Assembly: GCA_035569495.1 (NCBI GenBank)
Contig: DATMMX010000047.1
Coordinates: forward strand, 75,937 to 139,936
DNA: 64,000 nucleotides
Direction: 5' to 3'
Source: Candidatus Angelobacter sp.
GTDB lineage: Bacteria > Chloroflexota > Dormibacteria > Aeolococcales > Aeolococcaceae
Shown here piece after piece: positions 49,489 through 58,309 of this stretch. The notes under the pieces were generated by a model that was not told where the DNA came from, did not search any database, and was given only the letters and a program-made list of their open reading frames with translations. The first letter of the stretch is position 1, and each line of letters starts with the position of its first letter. The position numbers and the translations under genes were made by a program.

Positions 49489-50714
49489 GGCCGCATCCCG
49501 AACGAGCGGCCGAGCAGCTCGGAGACGATGCGGACGCGCTGGATGTTGGGCGTGCCACCGGCGATCGCCCAGCCGTGCGCGTCGCGGTGCAGCCGCGCCA
49601 TGCCGTATTCCTCGGTGTAGCCGTTGCCGCCGTGGAGCTGCATGGCGAGGTCGGAGACGCGCTTGCCCATCTCGTTGGCCACGCACTTGGCGATGGACAC
49701 CTGCAGTGCGTCGGGAATCCCCGTGCCCGCCTGGCGGGCGGCCGCGTCGATGAGCTGCCGCGCCGCCTCCACGCCCATCACCATGTCGGCGAGCTGGAGC
49801 TGCACCGCCTGGAACTCGACGATGTCGCGACCGAACTGGCGCCGCTCCTGGACGTAGCGCACCGTCTGGTCGAGCGCGGCCTGGCCGATGGCCAGGCTCA
49901 TGGTCGCGTTGCCCAGGCGCTCGATGCAGAAGGCGCCGAAGAGCTGCTTGAAGCCGCCGGGACCGACGACCAGGTTGGCGGCGGGAACGCGCGCGTTGTC
50001 GAAGTTGAGGTCGCACGACGGGATGCCGCGAAAGCCCATCAGCCGTTCCGGAGCACCGTAGGTGAGACCCAGGGTGTCGCCGTCGACGACGAGCGCGCCG
50101 ATGCCCCGTGCGCCGGGCGCGTCGCTCATGCGCGCGTAGAGCAGGTAGTGATCCGCCTCGCCGCCGTTGGAGATCCAGCGCTTGCCGCCGTTGACCACGA
50201 AGTCGTCGCCGTCGCGGCGTGCCGACGTCTTCATGTCGGTCGCGGCGGAACCGGCGTCCGGTTCGGAGATGGCGATGGCGATGGTGGCCGCGCCGCTCAC
50301 CACCGCGGGCAGCAGGCGCTGCTTGAGCTCGTCGCTGCCGAAGAGCTCGATGGCGCGCGCGGGTCCGGTGTTGGCCTCGAAGACCTGGAAGGCGGCGGGA
50401 CGGCACACCTTGGCCAGCTCCTCGATGACCACCAGCGCGTCGAGCAGCGGCGCACCCGCGCCCCCGTACTGCTCGGGCAGGGCGATGCCGAGGAATCCCA
50501 GGTCCCCGAGGCGGCGCCGCTCGCTTGCGGGGAAGGCCGCGCCGCTGCTCTCCAGCTCGGCGGCGAGCGGCGCGTAGACGTCCGCGGCGACCTGGCGCGC
50601 CAGGTTACGGATCTCGTCGCGGTGCTCGGAGGACCAGGCCTGATCGGGTGCGGACGTTGTCGAGGACACGGGAAGCCCTACGCCGACGCCGCTTCGAGCG
50701 GCTGGTCGAACCAT
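49485..50714 (-). CDS. Acyl-CoA dehydrogenase family protein
   Basis: …LGFLGIALPEQYGGAGA…AIAISEPDAGSA…WISNGG…CIERLGNA…HGGNGYTEEYGMARLHRDA…. The start is uncertain: ATG 50714 overlaps the upstream gene by 37 nt; the alternative GTG near 50669 (VSSTTSAPDQ…) lies after the upstream stop. Confidence 0.8.
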   Translation of the reverse strand: MVRPAARSGVGVGLPVSSTTSAPDQAWSSEHRDEIRNLARQVAADVYAPLAAELESSGAAFPASERRRLGDLGFLGIALPEQYGGAGAPLLDALVVIEELAKVCRPAAFQVFEANTGPARAIELFGSDELKQRLLPAVVSGAATIAIAISEPDAGSAATDMKTSARRDGDDFVVNGGKRWISNGGEADHYLLYARMSDAPGARGIGALVVDGDTLGLTYGAPERLMGFRGIPSCDLNFDNARVPAANLVVGPGGFKQLFGAFCIERLGNATMSLAIGQAALDQTVRYVQERRQFGRDIVEFQAVQLQLADMVMGVEAARQLIDAAARQAGTGIPDALQVSIAKCVANEMGKRVSDLAMQLHGGNGYTEEYGMARLHRDAHGWAIAGGTPNIQRVRIVSELLGRSFGMRP

Positions 50715-51631
50715 TGCTCGGCGCCCGCGGTCTGCATGCGCTGCCAGGCGGCGGCGATGGTGCGCAGCCGCGCCACCGCGTCGTGCAGGCCGGCGAGCAC
50801 GCCGGCGTCCTGCGCGGTGAGGTCGGCGAAGAGGTCATCGACGTCGGGAAGGCCCTTGATCGAGTCGATGACGCCGCCGAGCTGTCTGGCGGCGGTGCGC
50901 GACCGGTTGCTCGACTCGCCGCGCGCTGTGCCCGTGCGCGCGCGCGTTTCCGCAATGACCTCGCGCACCACGGCGCGGATGCTCGCGCCGTCCATGTCCG
51001 CGCTGGTGCGGCGGCGAATCTCCGCGATGACCTCGTCCAGCCGCTGCTCGATCTGGCCCGCGGTGTAGGGATGGATGTCGCGCACGCCCGCGCTGATGCC
51101 CGCGGCGAGCAGGGTGCGGATCACCCGCCCGTGCTGGAGCAGCTCGTAGCTGCGGCTGCGGCTGAGGCCGAACTCGGCGCGCACGTAGGCGGACCAGCTG
51201 CGGTGGCCGAGGGCGTGCCAGGCGCGGCGCTGGTGCGCCTCGAGCAGCAGCATCGAGGTGTCGCCGAGCGCGGTCTTGATGCGGTGGGTGAGCAGTCGCG
51301 CCTCGATCCGGTCCAGCGGCGCGGCCGGTGCGGGCTGATCGCCGTCGCCGGTCGTGCGGGGCACGACGCTGATCGGGCGCGGCGCCGCTGGACGGAGGCG
51401 CGCGGCCTGTTCTCTGAAGACAAGGCCGATGGCGTCGCGGATGGGCATGCCCGGGGCGAGCCCGGTGACGAGGCTCTGGGTCCGTGCGGCGAGCGCCTTC
51501 GAGACGGTCGCCGCCCCGCTCTCGGAGGCGGATTCGAGCTCGTTGAGGACGCGGTCGAGCACCCGTCTGCGCAGGCGCGGATCGGCGGCCGGCGCGGCGC
51601 AGGTGGATATCTCGATGGCTCCAACACCCAT
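50678..51631 (-). CDS. Hypothetical protein with putative HTH / ParB-KorB-like DNA-binding segment
   Basis: Reasonable composition. The segment …RRAWHALGHRSWSAYVRAEFGLSRSRSYELLQHGRVIRTLL… resembles GxSRSxVxxLLRL-type HTH. It is the first gene downstream of the TTGACG-N17-TAGCTT promoter. Function unknown. Confidence 0.4.
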   Translation of the reverse strand: MGVGAIEISTCAAPAADPRLRRRVLDRVLNELESASESGAATVSKALAARTQSLVTGLAPGMPIRDAIGLVFREQAARLRPAAPRPISVVPRTTGDGDQPAPAAPLDRIEARLLTHRIKTALGDTSMLLLEAHQRRAWHALGHRSWSAYVRAEFGLSRSRSYELLQHGRVIRTLLAAGISAGVRDIHPYTAGQIEQRLDEVIAEIRRRTSADMDGASIRAVVREVIAETRARTGTARGESSNRSRTAARQLGGVIDSIKGLPDVDDLFADLTAQDAGVLAGLHDAVARLRTIAAAWQRMQTAGAEQWFDQPLEAASA

Positions 51632-51736
51632 GACGGGTGAGAAAGCTAAATCAGTTAGATAATTTCGTCAATGGGGTGCGCGGGCGGTCCGTCCGGAATT
51701 GCGGACGCCCGCTGCCGGGGGCGGCTGAGGCCGCCT
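51632..51736 (-). promoter_or_regulatory. Predicted sigma-70-type promoter TTGACG-N17-TAGCTT on the minus strand with short (~4-11 nt) leader, sharing the motif ATTGACGAAAT with region 27952-27962
   Basis: The minus-strand reading is caccccATTGACGAAATtatctaactgattTAGCTTtctcacccgtcATG. It is AT-rich in a GC-rich genome and lies between the GntR gene stop and the HTH gene start. Confidence 0.5.
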
Positions 51737-52474
51737 TCAGAAGTACTCGCGAGGCGAGGCGGCCATGCGCATGAGCAGGCGGATCTTGGCGTCGAGGTGG
51801 CGCCGCCACAGCTTCTCGGCCTCGACGGCGTCGCGGCTGCGGATCAGCTCGACGATCTCCTCGTGCACACGGTGGAAGCGATGCGCCTCCTCGACGAACT
51901 GGCCCTGCATGGTGCTGGCGATGGCCCGGCCGGCGGTGATGATCACCTCCTCCATCATGCCGTGCATGATCGCCAGGGTCCGGTTGCCGGACAGGTCGAC
52001 GATGGTGCGGTGGAAGGCGTTGCCGGCGAGCACCGCCTCGCTGCCGTCGTTGCCGTACTGGCGCCGCTCCTCGTCGAGCAGGGTGGCCAGCGTCTCCAGG
52101 TCGGCGGCGCTGCGGTTGCGGGCCAGCCTGGCCAGTGCGGGCAGCTCGATCGCCATGGTCGCCTCGTGGACGTCGACCATGGGCACCCCCGCGTACTGCA
52201 GGTAGCGGCCGAAGTACCGCGCCGCCGCGCCCTCGGTGGGGGCGACGATCCGCGCCCCACCGCGCACGCCGCGAAGGATCTCGACCAGCGACTCCGACTC
52301 GAGGATGCGGATGGCCTCGCGCAGTGTCGGCCGGGAGACCCCGAAGGTCTCGCACAGCTCCGCCTCGTTGGGCAGCATCTCGCCGGCCTTGAGCTCACCG
52401 CGAAGCACCTGGGCTCGCAGCTTCTCCACGATCAGCTCCGCGGTCTTGGGGACGCGCAAGGGGACGTCGTTCAT
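51737..52474 (-). CDS. GntR-family transcriptional regulator (FadR/FCD subfamily)
   Basis: The N-terminal wHTH is …GELKAGEMLPNEAELCETFGVSRPTLREAIRILESESLVEI…. The C-terminal FCD helical domain has a His-rich ligand site (…AFHRTIVDLSGN…HRFHRVHEEIVELI…). Confidence 0.85.
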   Translation of the reverse strand: MNDVPLRVPKTAELIVEKLRAQVLRGELKAGEMLPNEAELCETFGVSRPTLREAIRILESESLVEILRGVRGGARIVAPTEGAAARYFGRYLQYAGVPMVDVHEATMAIELPALARLARNRSAADLETLATLLDEERRQYGNDGSEAVLAGNAFHRTIVDLSGNRTLAIMHGMMEEVIITAGRAIASTMQGQFVEEAHRFHRVHEEIVELIRSRDAVEAEKLWRRHLDAKIRLLMRMAASPREYF

Positions 52475-52675
52475 CTCACCTTTCGGACAACGCGGGCATC
52501 ATCGATAACGGTGGCCACGTTCGATCCCGCAGTCTACCCCGCGGCGATGCAGCCGCCATACGTCCCCAATGCTGTTCCCGACGCTTTGGATGCTGGGGGC
52601 CCGGGATGCTGACCGGTCCGTCACGGTCCGGATGACGTACGCTCGGCGTCTGGCCGGGCCACGCAACGCACCCCC

Positions 52676-53314
52676 ATGAGTGAGCAGTACCAACCGCACC
52701 CCGTCCGCGGCCGGCTCAACGCGGCCTGCTTCGCCGCCTTCGACGGCGTCATCAACCGTGCCATGCGCCGTCCCAAGGAGCAGGCCTTCGCCGACCTACC
52801 TGACGAGGTGGTCGAGATCGGCCCTGGCGTCGGCGCCAACTTCCGGTTCCTGCGCCCTGGCACGCGGCTGATCGCCATCGAGCCCAACCCGCACATGCAT
52901 GCTCGCCTGATCGCGCGCGCCGCGGTGCACAGGATTCACATCGAGCTGCGCAGCGTCAAAGGCGAGCGTGTGGATCTTCCCGACGCATCGGCGGTGGCCG
53001 TGATCTCCAGCCTCGTCCTCTGCACCGTGGAGCGACCGGCCGCCGTTGTGGCCGAAGTGCGCCGCATCCTCGAGCCCGGCGGCCGCTACTCGTTCGTCGA
53101 GCACGTCGCGGCGCCCGAGGGCACGGCGCTGCGACGCATCCAGCACGGCATCCGCCGCCCCTGGGCCTGGGCGTTCGAAGGCTGCTCCTGCGAGCGCGAC
53201 ACGGCGGGCACCATCCGCGCCGCGGGTTTCCGTGCCGTGGACGTCACCGACTACTGCCTGCGCTCGGTGATCGTCCCGGTCAACACGCAGATCGCCGGCA
53301 CCGCCATCGCGTGA
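52676..53314 (+). CDS. Class I SAM-dependent methyltransferase (Methyltransf_11-like)
   Basis: Motif I is VVEIGPGVGANFRF. Post-I acidic is LIAIEPNP. Motif II/III is …VISSLVLCTV…ILEPGGRYSFVEH. Confidence 0.7.
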   Translation: MSEQYQPHPVRGRLNAACFAAFDGVINRAMRRPKEQAFADLPDEVVEIGPGVGANFRFLRPGTRLIAIEPNPHMHARLIARAAVHRIHIELRSVKGERVDLPDASAVAVISSLVLCTVERPAAVVAEVRRILEPGGRYSFVEHVAAPEGTALRRIQHGIRRPWAWAFEGCSCERDTAGTIRAAGFRAVDVTDYCLRSVIVPVNTQIAGTAIA

Positions 53315-53326
53315 GGCAAGCGCGAT

Positions 53327-54232
53327 TTGTCGCATGATGCGCCGATGACCAACACCGTGCAGATCGGCATCGTCTACCCGCAGACCGAGCTTCCCACCGA
53401 CGCCGGGACGGTGCGGGCCTTCGTCCGCCAGGCCGAGGCGCTCGGCTACCGGCACGTCGAAATCTATGACCACGTTCTCGGCGCCGACCCGGCGGTGCAC
53501 ACCGGCTGGAAGAGGCCGTACGACGTCGACACCACGTTCCACGAGCCGCTGGTCTTCTACGGCTTCGTCGCCGCGCTCACCACGCTGGAGCTGGTGACCG
53601 GCATCGTCATCGCCCCGCAGCGCCCGACGGCGTTGCTCGCCAAGCAGGCCGCCGAGGTCGACATCCTCAGCGGCGGCCGCTTCCGCCTCGGCATCGGCGT
53701 CGGCTGGAACGAGGTCGAATACCAGGCGCTGGGACAGGACTTCACCACGCGCGGGCAGCGCCAGGAGGAGCAGATCGCCCTGCTCCGTCGCTTGTGGACC
53801 GAACGGTCGGTCACGCACGAGGGGCGCTTCGACACCATCATCGGGGCCGGCCTGGCCCCGCTCCCGGTGCAGCGGCCCATCCCGATCTGGATGGGTGGCT
53901 ACTCCCCCGTGGCCTACCGGCGAATCGGTCGCATGGCCGACGGCTGGTTCCCCCGGCCGGAGCCGGGCCCGGTCCTCGACGAGGCCCTCGCCATGATCGC
54001 CGAGGCCGCCACCGGCGCCGGTCGCGACCCGGCCACGATCGGCATGTCCGGTCGCCTCAACTGGGGCGCCGGCGCCGGCGACGCCATCGCTCACGACGCC
54101 GAGCGATGGCGTGGCGCGGGAGCCACCCACGTGTCGGTCAACACCATGGGCGCGGGGTTGTCCGGGCTCGATGGGCATCTCGATGCACTGGGCAAGGCCG
54201 CCGCGGCGCTGCAGCTCGCACCGTCGTCGTAG
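53327..54232 (+). CDS. Luciferase-like monooxygenase (LLM) class, probable F420-dependent oxidoreductase
   Basis: …IGIVYPQTELPTDAGTVRAFVRQAEALGYRHVEIYDHVLGA…GGRFRLGIGVGWNEVEYQALG…RFDTIIGAGLAPLPVQRPIPIWMGGYSPVAYRRIGRMADGWFP… matches the TIGR03619-type LLM family. TTG 53327 or ATG 53345 as start. Confidence 0.7.
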   Translation: MSHDAPMTNTVQIGIVYPQTELPTDAGTVRAFVRQAEALGYRHVEIYDHVLGADPAVHTGWKRPYDVDTTFHEPLVFYGFVAALTTLELVTGIVIAPQRPTALLAKQAAEVDILSGGRFRLGIGVGWNEVEYQALGQDFTTRGQRQEEQIALLRRLWTERSVTHEGRFDTIIGAGLAPLPVQRPIPIWMGGYSPVAYRRIGRMADGWFPRPEPGPVLDEALAMIAEAATGAGRDPATIGMSGRLNWGAGAGDAIAHDAERWRGAGATHVSVNTMGAGLSGLDGHLDALGKAAAALQLAPSS

Positions 54233-54291
54233 AGGCCGACGCAGTCGCGGGCAACCCGCACGGCGTGCGTCACGGCTATCGTGAGTCGTTG

Positions 54292-55245
54292 ATGGCAGAC
54301 GGCGAGGACCTCCCGTCCTTCACCAACCTCGACGAGCCGCTCTTCGAGGGCGCAGGAGCGACCAAGCGCGACCTGGTCGCGTACCTCGACGCCGTCTCCC
54401 CGCGCATCCTCGCCGAGCTGCACGACCGCCCGCTGTCCGTGATTCGCATGCTGCGCGGGCAGAAGGCCTTCATGCAGAAGAACGTGCCCAGCTACACCCC
54501 GCCGTGGGTGCAGACGGTGCGGCTCTGGGCCGAGACCTCCAAGCGCGACGTGTCCTACGCGCTGTGCAACGACCGCCGCACCCTGCTGTGGTTCGCCAAC
54601 CAGCGCGCCGTCGAGTACCACCCCGCGCTGGTGCGCGCCGGCCGTCTCGGCGAGCCGATGTACCTGGTCCTCGACCTCGACCCGCCGTCGGTCGAGGCGT
54701 TCTCCGCCGCCGTGCAGGCAGCGCTGATGGTGCGCACCGCGCTCGCCGATGTGGGACTCACCGGTGCGGTGAAGACAAGCGGCGCCAAGGGTGTGCACGT
54801 GTTCGTACCCGTTGCAGAGGCGCGCTTCGAGGACGTCGCGGCCGCCGCCCGGGCCATCGCGATGCGTGCCGAACGCATCGACACGAGCATCGCAACCACC
54901 GCGTTCATGAAGCATGCGCGTGAGGGAAAGGTGTTCATCGATTCCACCCGCGTGGGCGGCGCAACGGTTGTCGCCGCATACAGCCCGCGCATCCGGCCCG
55001 GCGTGCCCGTGTCATTCCCGGTGTCATGGGACGAGCTCGACCGGCTCGCACCATCGGACTTCACCATCCACAACGCCGCCGCGCTGGTCGCCGGCCGCGA
55101 TCCGTGGCTCGACCAGATGCCACAACCGCAGGTCCTGCCCGAGGACCTCGTCGACGAGGGCCATGCCATCCCGGTGGCGCGGGTGCAGGCCATGCACGAA
55201 GGCAAGCGGCGCGCGCGCAGCCGTCGCACGGACGGCGGCGGCTGA
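54292..55245 (+). CDS. Stand-alone NHEJ polymerase/primase domain protein (LigD PolDom-like)
   Basis: …LDEPLFEGAGATKRDLVAYLDAVSPRILAELHDRPLSVIRMLRG…LVLDLDPP…AVKTSGAKGVHVFVPV…KVFIDSTRVGGATVVAAYSPRIRPGVPVSFPVSWDEL… are the hallmark motifs of the LigD polymerase domain. There is no ligase or nuclease domain in frame and no Ku nearby. Confidence 0.75.
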   Translation: MADGEDLPSFTNLDEPLFEGAGATKRDLVAYLDAVSPRILAELHDRPLSVIRMLRGQKAFMQKNVPSYTPPWVQTVRLWAETSKRDVSYALCNDRRTLLWFANQRAVEYHPALVRAGRLGEPMYLVLDLDPPSVEAFSAAVQAALMVRTALADVGLTGAVKTSGAKGVHVFVPVAEARFEDVAAAARAIAMRAERIDTSIATTAFMKHAREGKVFIDSTRVGGATVVAAYSPRIRPGVPVSFPVSWDELDRLAPSDFTIHNAAALVAGRDPWLDQMPQPQVLPEDLVDEGHAIPVARVQAMHEGKRRARSRRTDGGG

Positions 55246-55251
55246 CGGGAT

Positions 55252-55860
55252 TCAGGCCCGAGCGATGGGGAACGCCGTGCCGACGCTGGTGGTGCTGAGC
55301 AGCGCGCGGATCGCGGCGGTGACCCGTCCGGCGACCACCGACGGAGTCGAGGCATCGAGCTTGCCATCCAGGTGCAGGAATGCCAGCCCGTGGACCAGCG
55401 CCCAGATCGCGGTGGCGAGCGCCTCGGCGTCGGCCTGAGGAAAGGTGCGCTCGACGATCGCGCGCACGTAGTGGGAGACGGCCGCCGTCGCGGCACGGCG
55501 CTCCTCGTCGTCCGCATCGCACGGCTCGCCGAACATGATGCGGAACAGGGCGGGTCGCTCCAGCGCGAACTGCACGTACGCGACTGCCACGCGCGCGAGC
55601 TCCTCGGGAGTCGAGGGCGCCGGGTGCGCGGCCGCCAGCCGCTCCGCGAGCTCGCGGTAGCCGACCGCCGCGACGGCTGAGACCAGCGCTTCGCGGTCGG
55701 CGTAGTGGCGGTAGGGGGCCGCCGGGGACACCCCCGCGCAGCGGGCGACCGCTCGCAGCGACAGGGCGCTCGCGCCGCTCTCTTCGAGCAGCTCCATGGC
55801 GGCGCGCAGCAGTGCCGCGCGCAGGTCGCCGTGGTGGTAGGTCGCCTTGGGTGTGGACAT
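55252..55860 (-). CDS. TetR/AcrR-family transcriptional regulator
   Basis: The N-terminal HTH is …LRAALLRAAMELLEESGASALSLRAVARCAGVSPAAPYRHYADREAL…. Divergent to the OYE/QOR genes with a palindromic operator between. Confidence 0.85.
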   Translation of the reverse strand: MSTPKATYHHGDLRAALLRAAMELLEESGASALSLRAVARCAGVSPAAPYRHYADREALVSAVAAVGYRELAERLAAAHPAPSTPEELARVAVAYVQFALERPALFRIMFGEPCDADDEERRAATAAVSHYVRAIVERTFPQADAEALATAIWALVHGLAFLHLDGKLDASTPSVVAGRVTAAIRALLSTTSVGTAFPIARA

Positions 55861-55944
55861 CGCTCAGCAGAGATGTTGACAGCGCTCACGCCGGTGCGCT
55901 CTAATGTGAGCACCGTCAACATTCTAGCCGGAATCGAGGGTTTT
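55861..55944. promoter_or_regulatory. TetR operator candidate: 17-bp inverted repeat ATGTTGACAGCGCTCAC / GTGAGCACCGTCAACAT (15/17) overlapping a near-consensus promoter TTGACA-N18-TCTAAT
   Basis: Arms are at ~55873-55889 and ~55906-55922, separated by 16 bp. TTGACA at 55876-55881 and TCTAAT at 55900-55905 face the OYE gene (GTG 55945, RBS GAGGG). Confidence 0.6.
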
Positions 55945-57231
<1,287 letters not shown>

Positions 57232-57236
57232 TGCAC

Positions 57237-58205
57237 ATGAAAGCTGCGGTGATCTACGAGAACGGCGACCCCGGTGTGCATCGCTACGAAGACGTGCCCG
57301 ACCCGGAATGCCTGCCCGGATGCGTGGTGGTCGACGCCGAGGCGATCAGCATCGAGGGCGGAGATCTGCTTGCGCGCGCGGTCGTGCCGCCGCCCGCGGT
57401 GCCGCACATCGTCGGCTATCTCAGCGCCGGGACGGTGAGCGAAGTCGGCCCCGGCGTCGAGGGGCGCGCGGTTGGTGACCGGGTGGTCACCCTCAACGCC
57501 GCCGGGTCGCATGCCGCGCGGCGAGCCGTCCTCGCGGCCATGACCTGGCCGATTCCCGCCGGGCTGGATGCGGCGCGCGCAGCGTGTGTGCCGGTCGCGT
57601 TCGGCACCGCGTACGAGTGCCTGTTCACCGCGGGAAACCTCACCGCGGGCCAGACCGTGCTGATCCATGCGGGCGCGGGCGGCGTCGGCATGGCGGCGAT
57701 CCAGCTCGCCAAGCGCGCCGGCGCGACGGTGATCGCGACCGCCTCCAGTGACGAGAAGCTGGAACGGCTGAGCGCGTTCGGTCTGGACCACGGCGTCAAC
57801 TACGCGACCACCGGCTTCGTCGACCGGGTCAACGAGCTGACCGACTCGCGCGGCGTCGACGTCGTCGTCGACTCCATCGGCGGCCAGAACCTCGTCGACA
57901 GCGTCGGCGTGCTCGCCTACCGCGGGACGCTGGTCAGCGTCGGAGTCGCCGCCCGCGCCGGATCGGCGATCGAGGCGCGCTCACTCTGGGCGCGCAACAA
58001 CACGTTGCGCGGCGTCTTCCTCGGCGGCGCGATCCTGCCCGAGTACGCCCGCATCCATCCCATGATCGCCTCCATGCTGGAGCGCGTCGCCAGTGGTGAG
58101 CTCCACGTCGAGATCGACCGCTCGTACCCGCTGTCGGATGCGGCCGCGGCGCACGCATATGTCGAGAGCCGCAAGGCGTTCGGCCGGGTGATCCTCACGC
58201 CCTGA
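57237..58205 (+). CDS. MDR-superfamily zinc-binding alcohol dehydrogenase / quinone oxidoreductase
   Basis: The N-terminus is MKAAVIYENGDPGVHRYEDVPDP. The Rossmann motif is LIHAGAGGVGMAAIQLAKRAGATVIATASS. GGGAGA RBS lies 7 nt upstream; 5 nt after the OYE stop. Confidence 0.85.
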   Translation: MKAAVIYENGDPGVHRYEDVPDPECLPGCVVVDAEAISIEGGDLLARAVVPPPAVPHIVGYLSAGTVSEVGPGVEGRAVGDRVVTLNAAGSHAARRAVLAAMTWPIPAGLDAARAACVPVAFGTAYECLFTAGNLTAGQTVLIHAGAGGVGMAAIQLAKRAGATVIATASSDEKLERLSAFGLDHGVNYATTGFVDRVNELTDSRGVDVVVDSIGGQNLVDSVGVLAYRGTLVSVGVAARAGSAIEARSLWARNNTLRGVFLGGAILPEYARIHPMIASMLERVASGELHVEIDRSYPLSDAAAAHAYVESRKAFGRVILTP

Positions 58206-58309
58206 CAGGTGGTGGCTGCGCCTTGGCGCGCGGGTGCGCGGCAACGTCTGCGCCCGCGGACCTGTCCGATCATGTAGCGGGCCGGTGCGGGGATGGAGGA
58301 AGGACGTCC

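Noticed and set aside
52510-52540. tRNA-like T-loop motif GTTCGATCCC in the GntR/methyltransferase intergenic region
   Set aside because: Flanking sequence cannot form T-stem, acceptor or anticodon arms, and there is no 3' CCA context. It is a chance match.
58206-58309. GC-rich imperfect hairpin (GCGCGGGTGCGC ... GCGCCCGCGG) after the QOR stop, considered as an intrinsic terminator
   Set aside because: The arms do not pair cleanly and there is no U-tract. It could still be a factor-dependent or GC-only terminator but cannot be supported from sequence alone.
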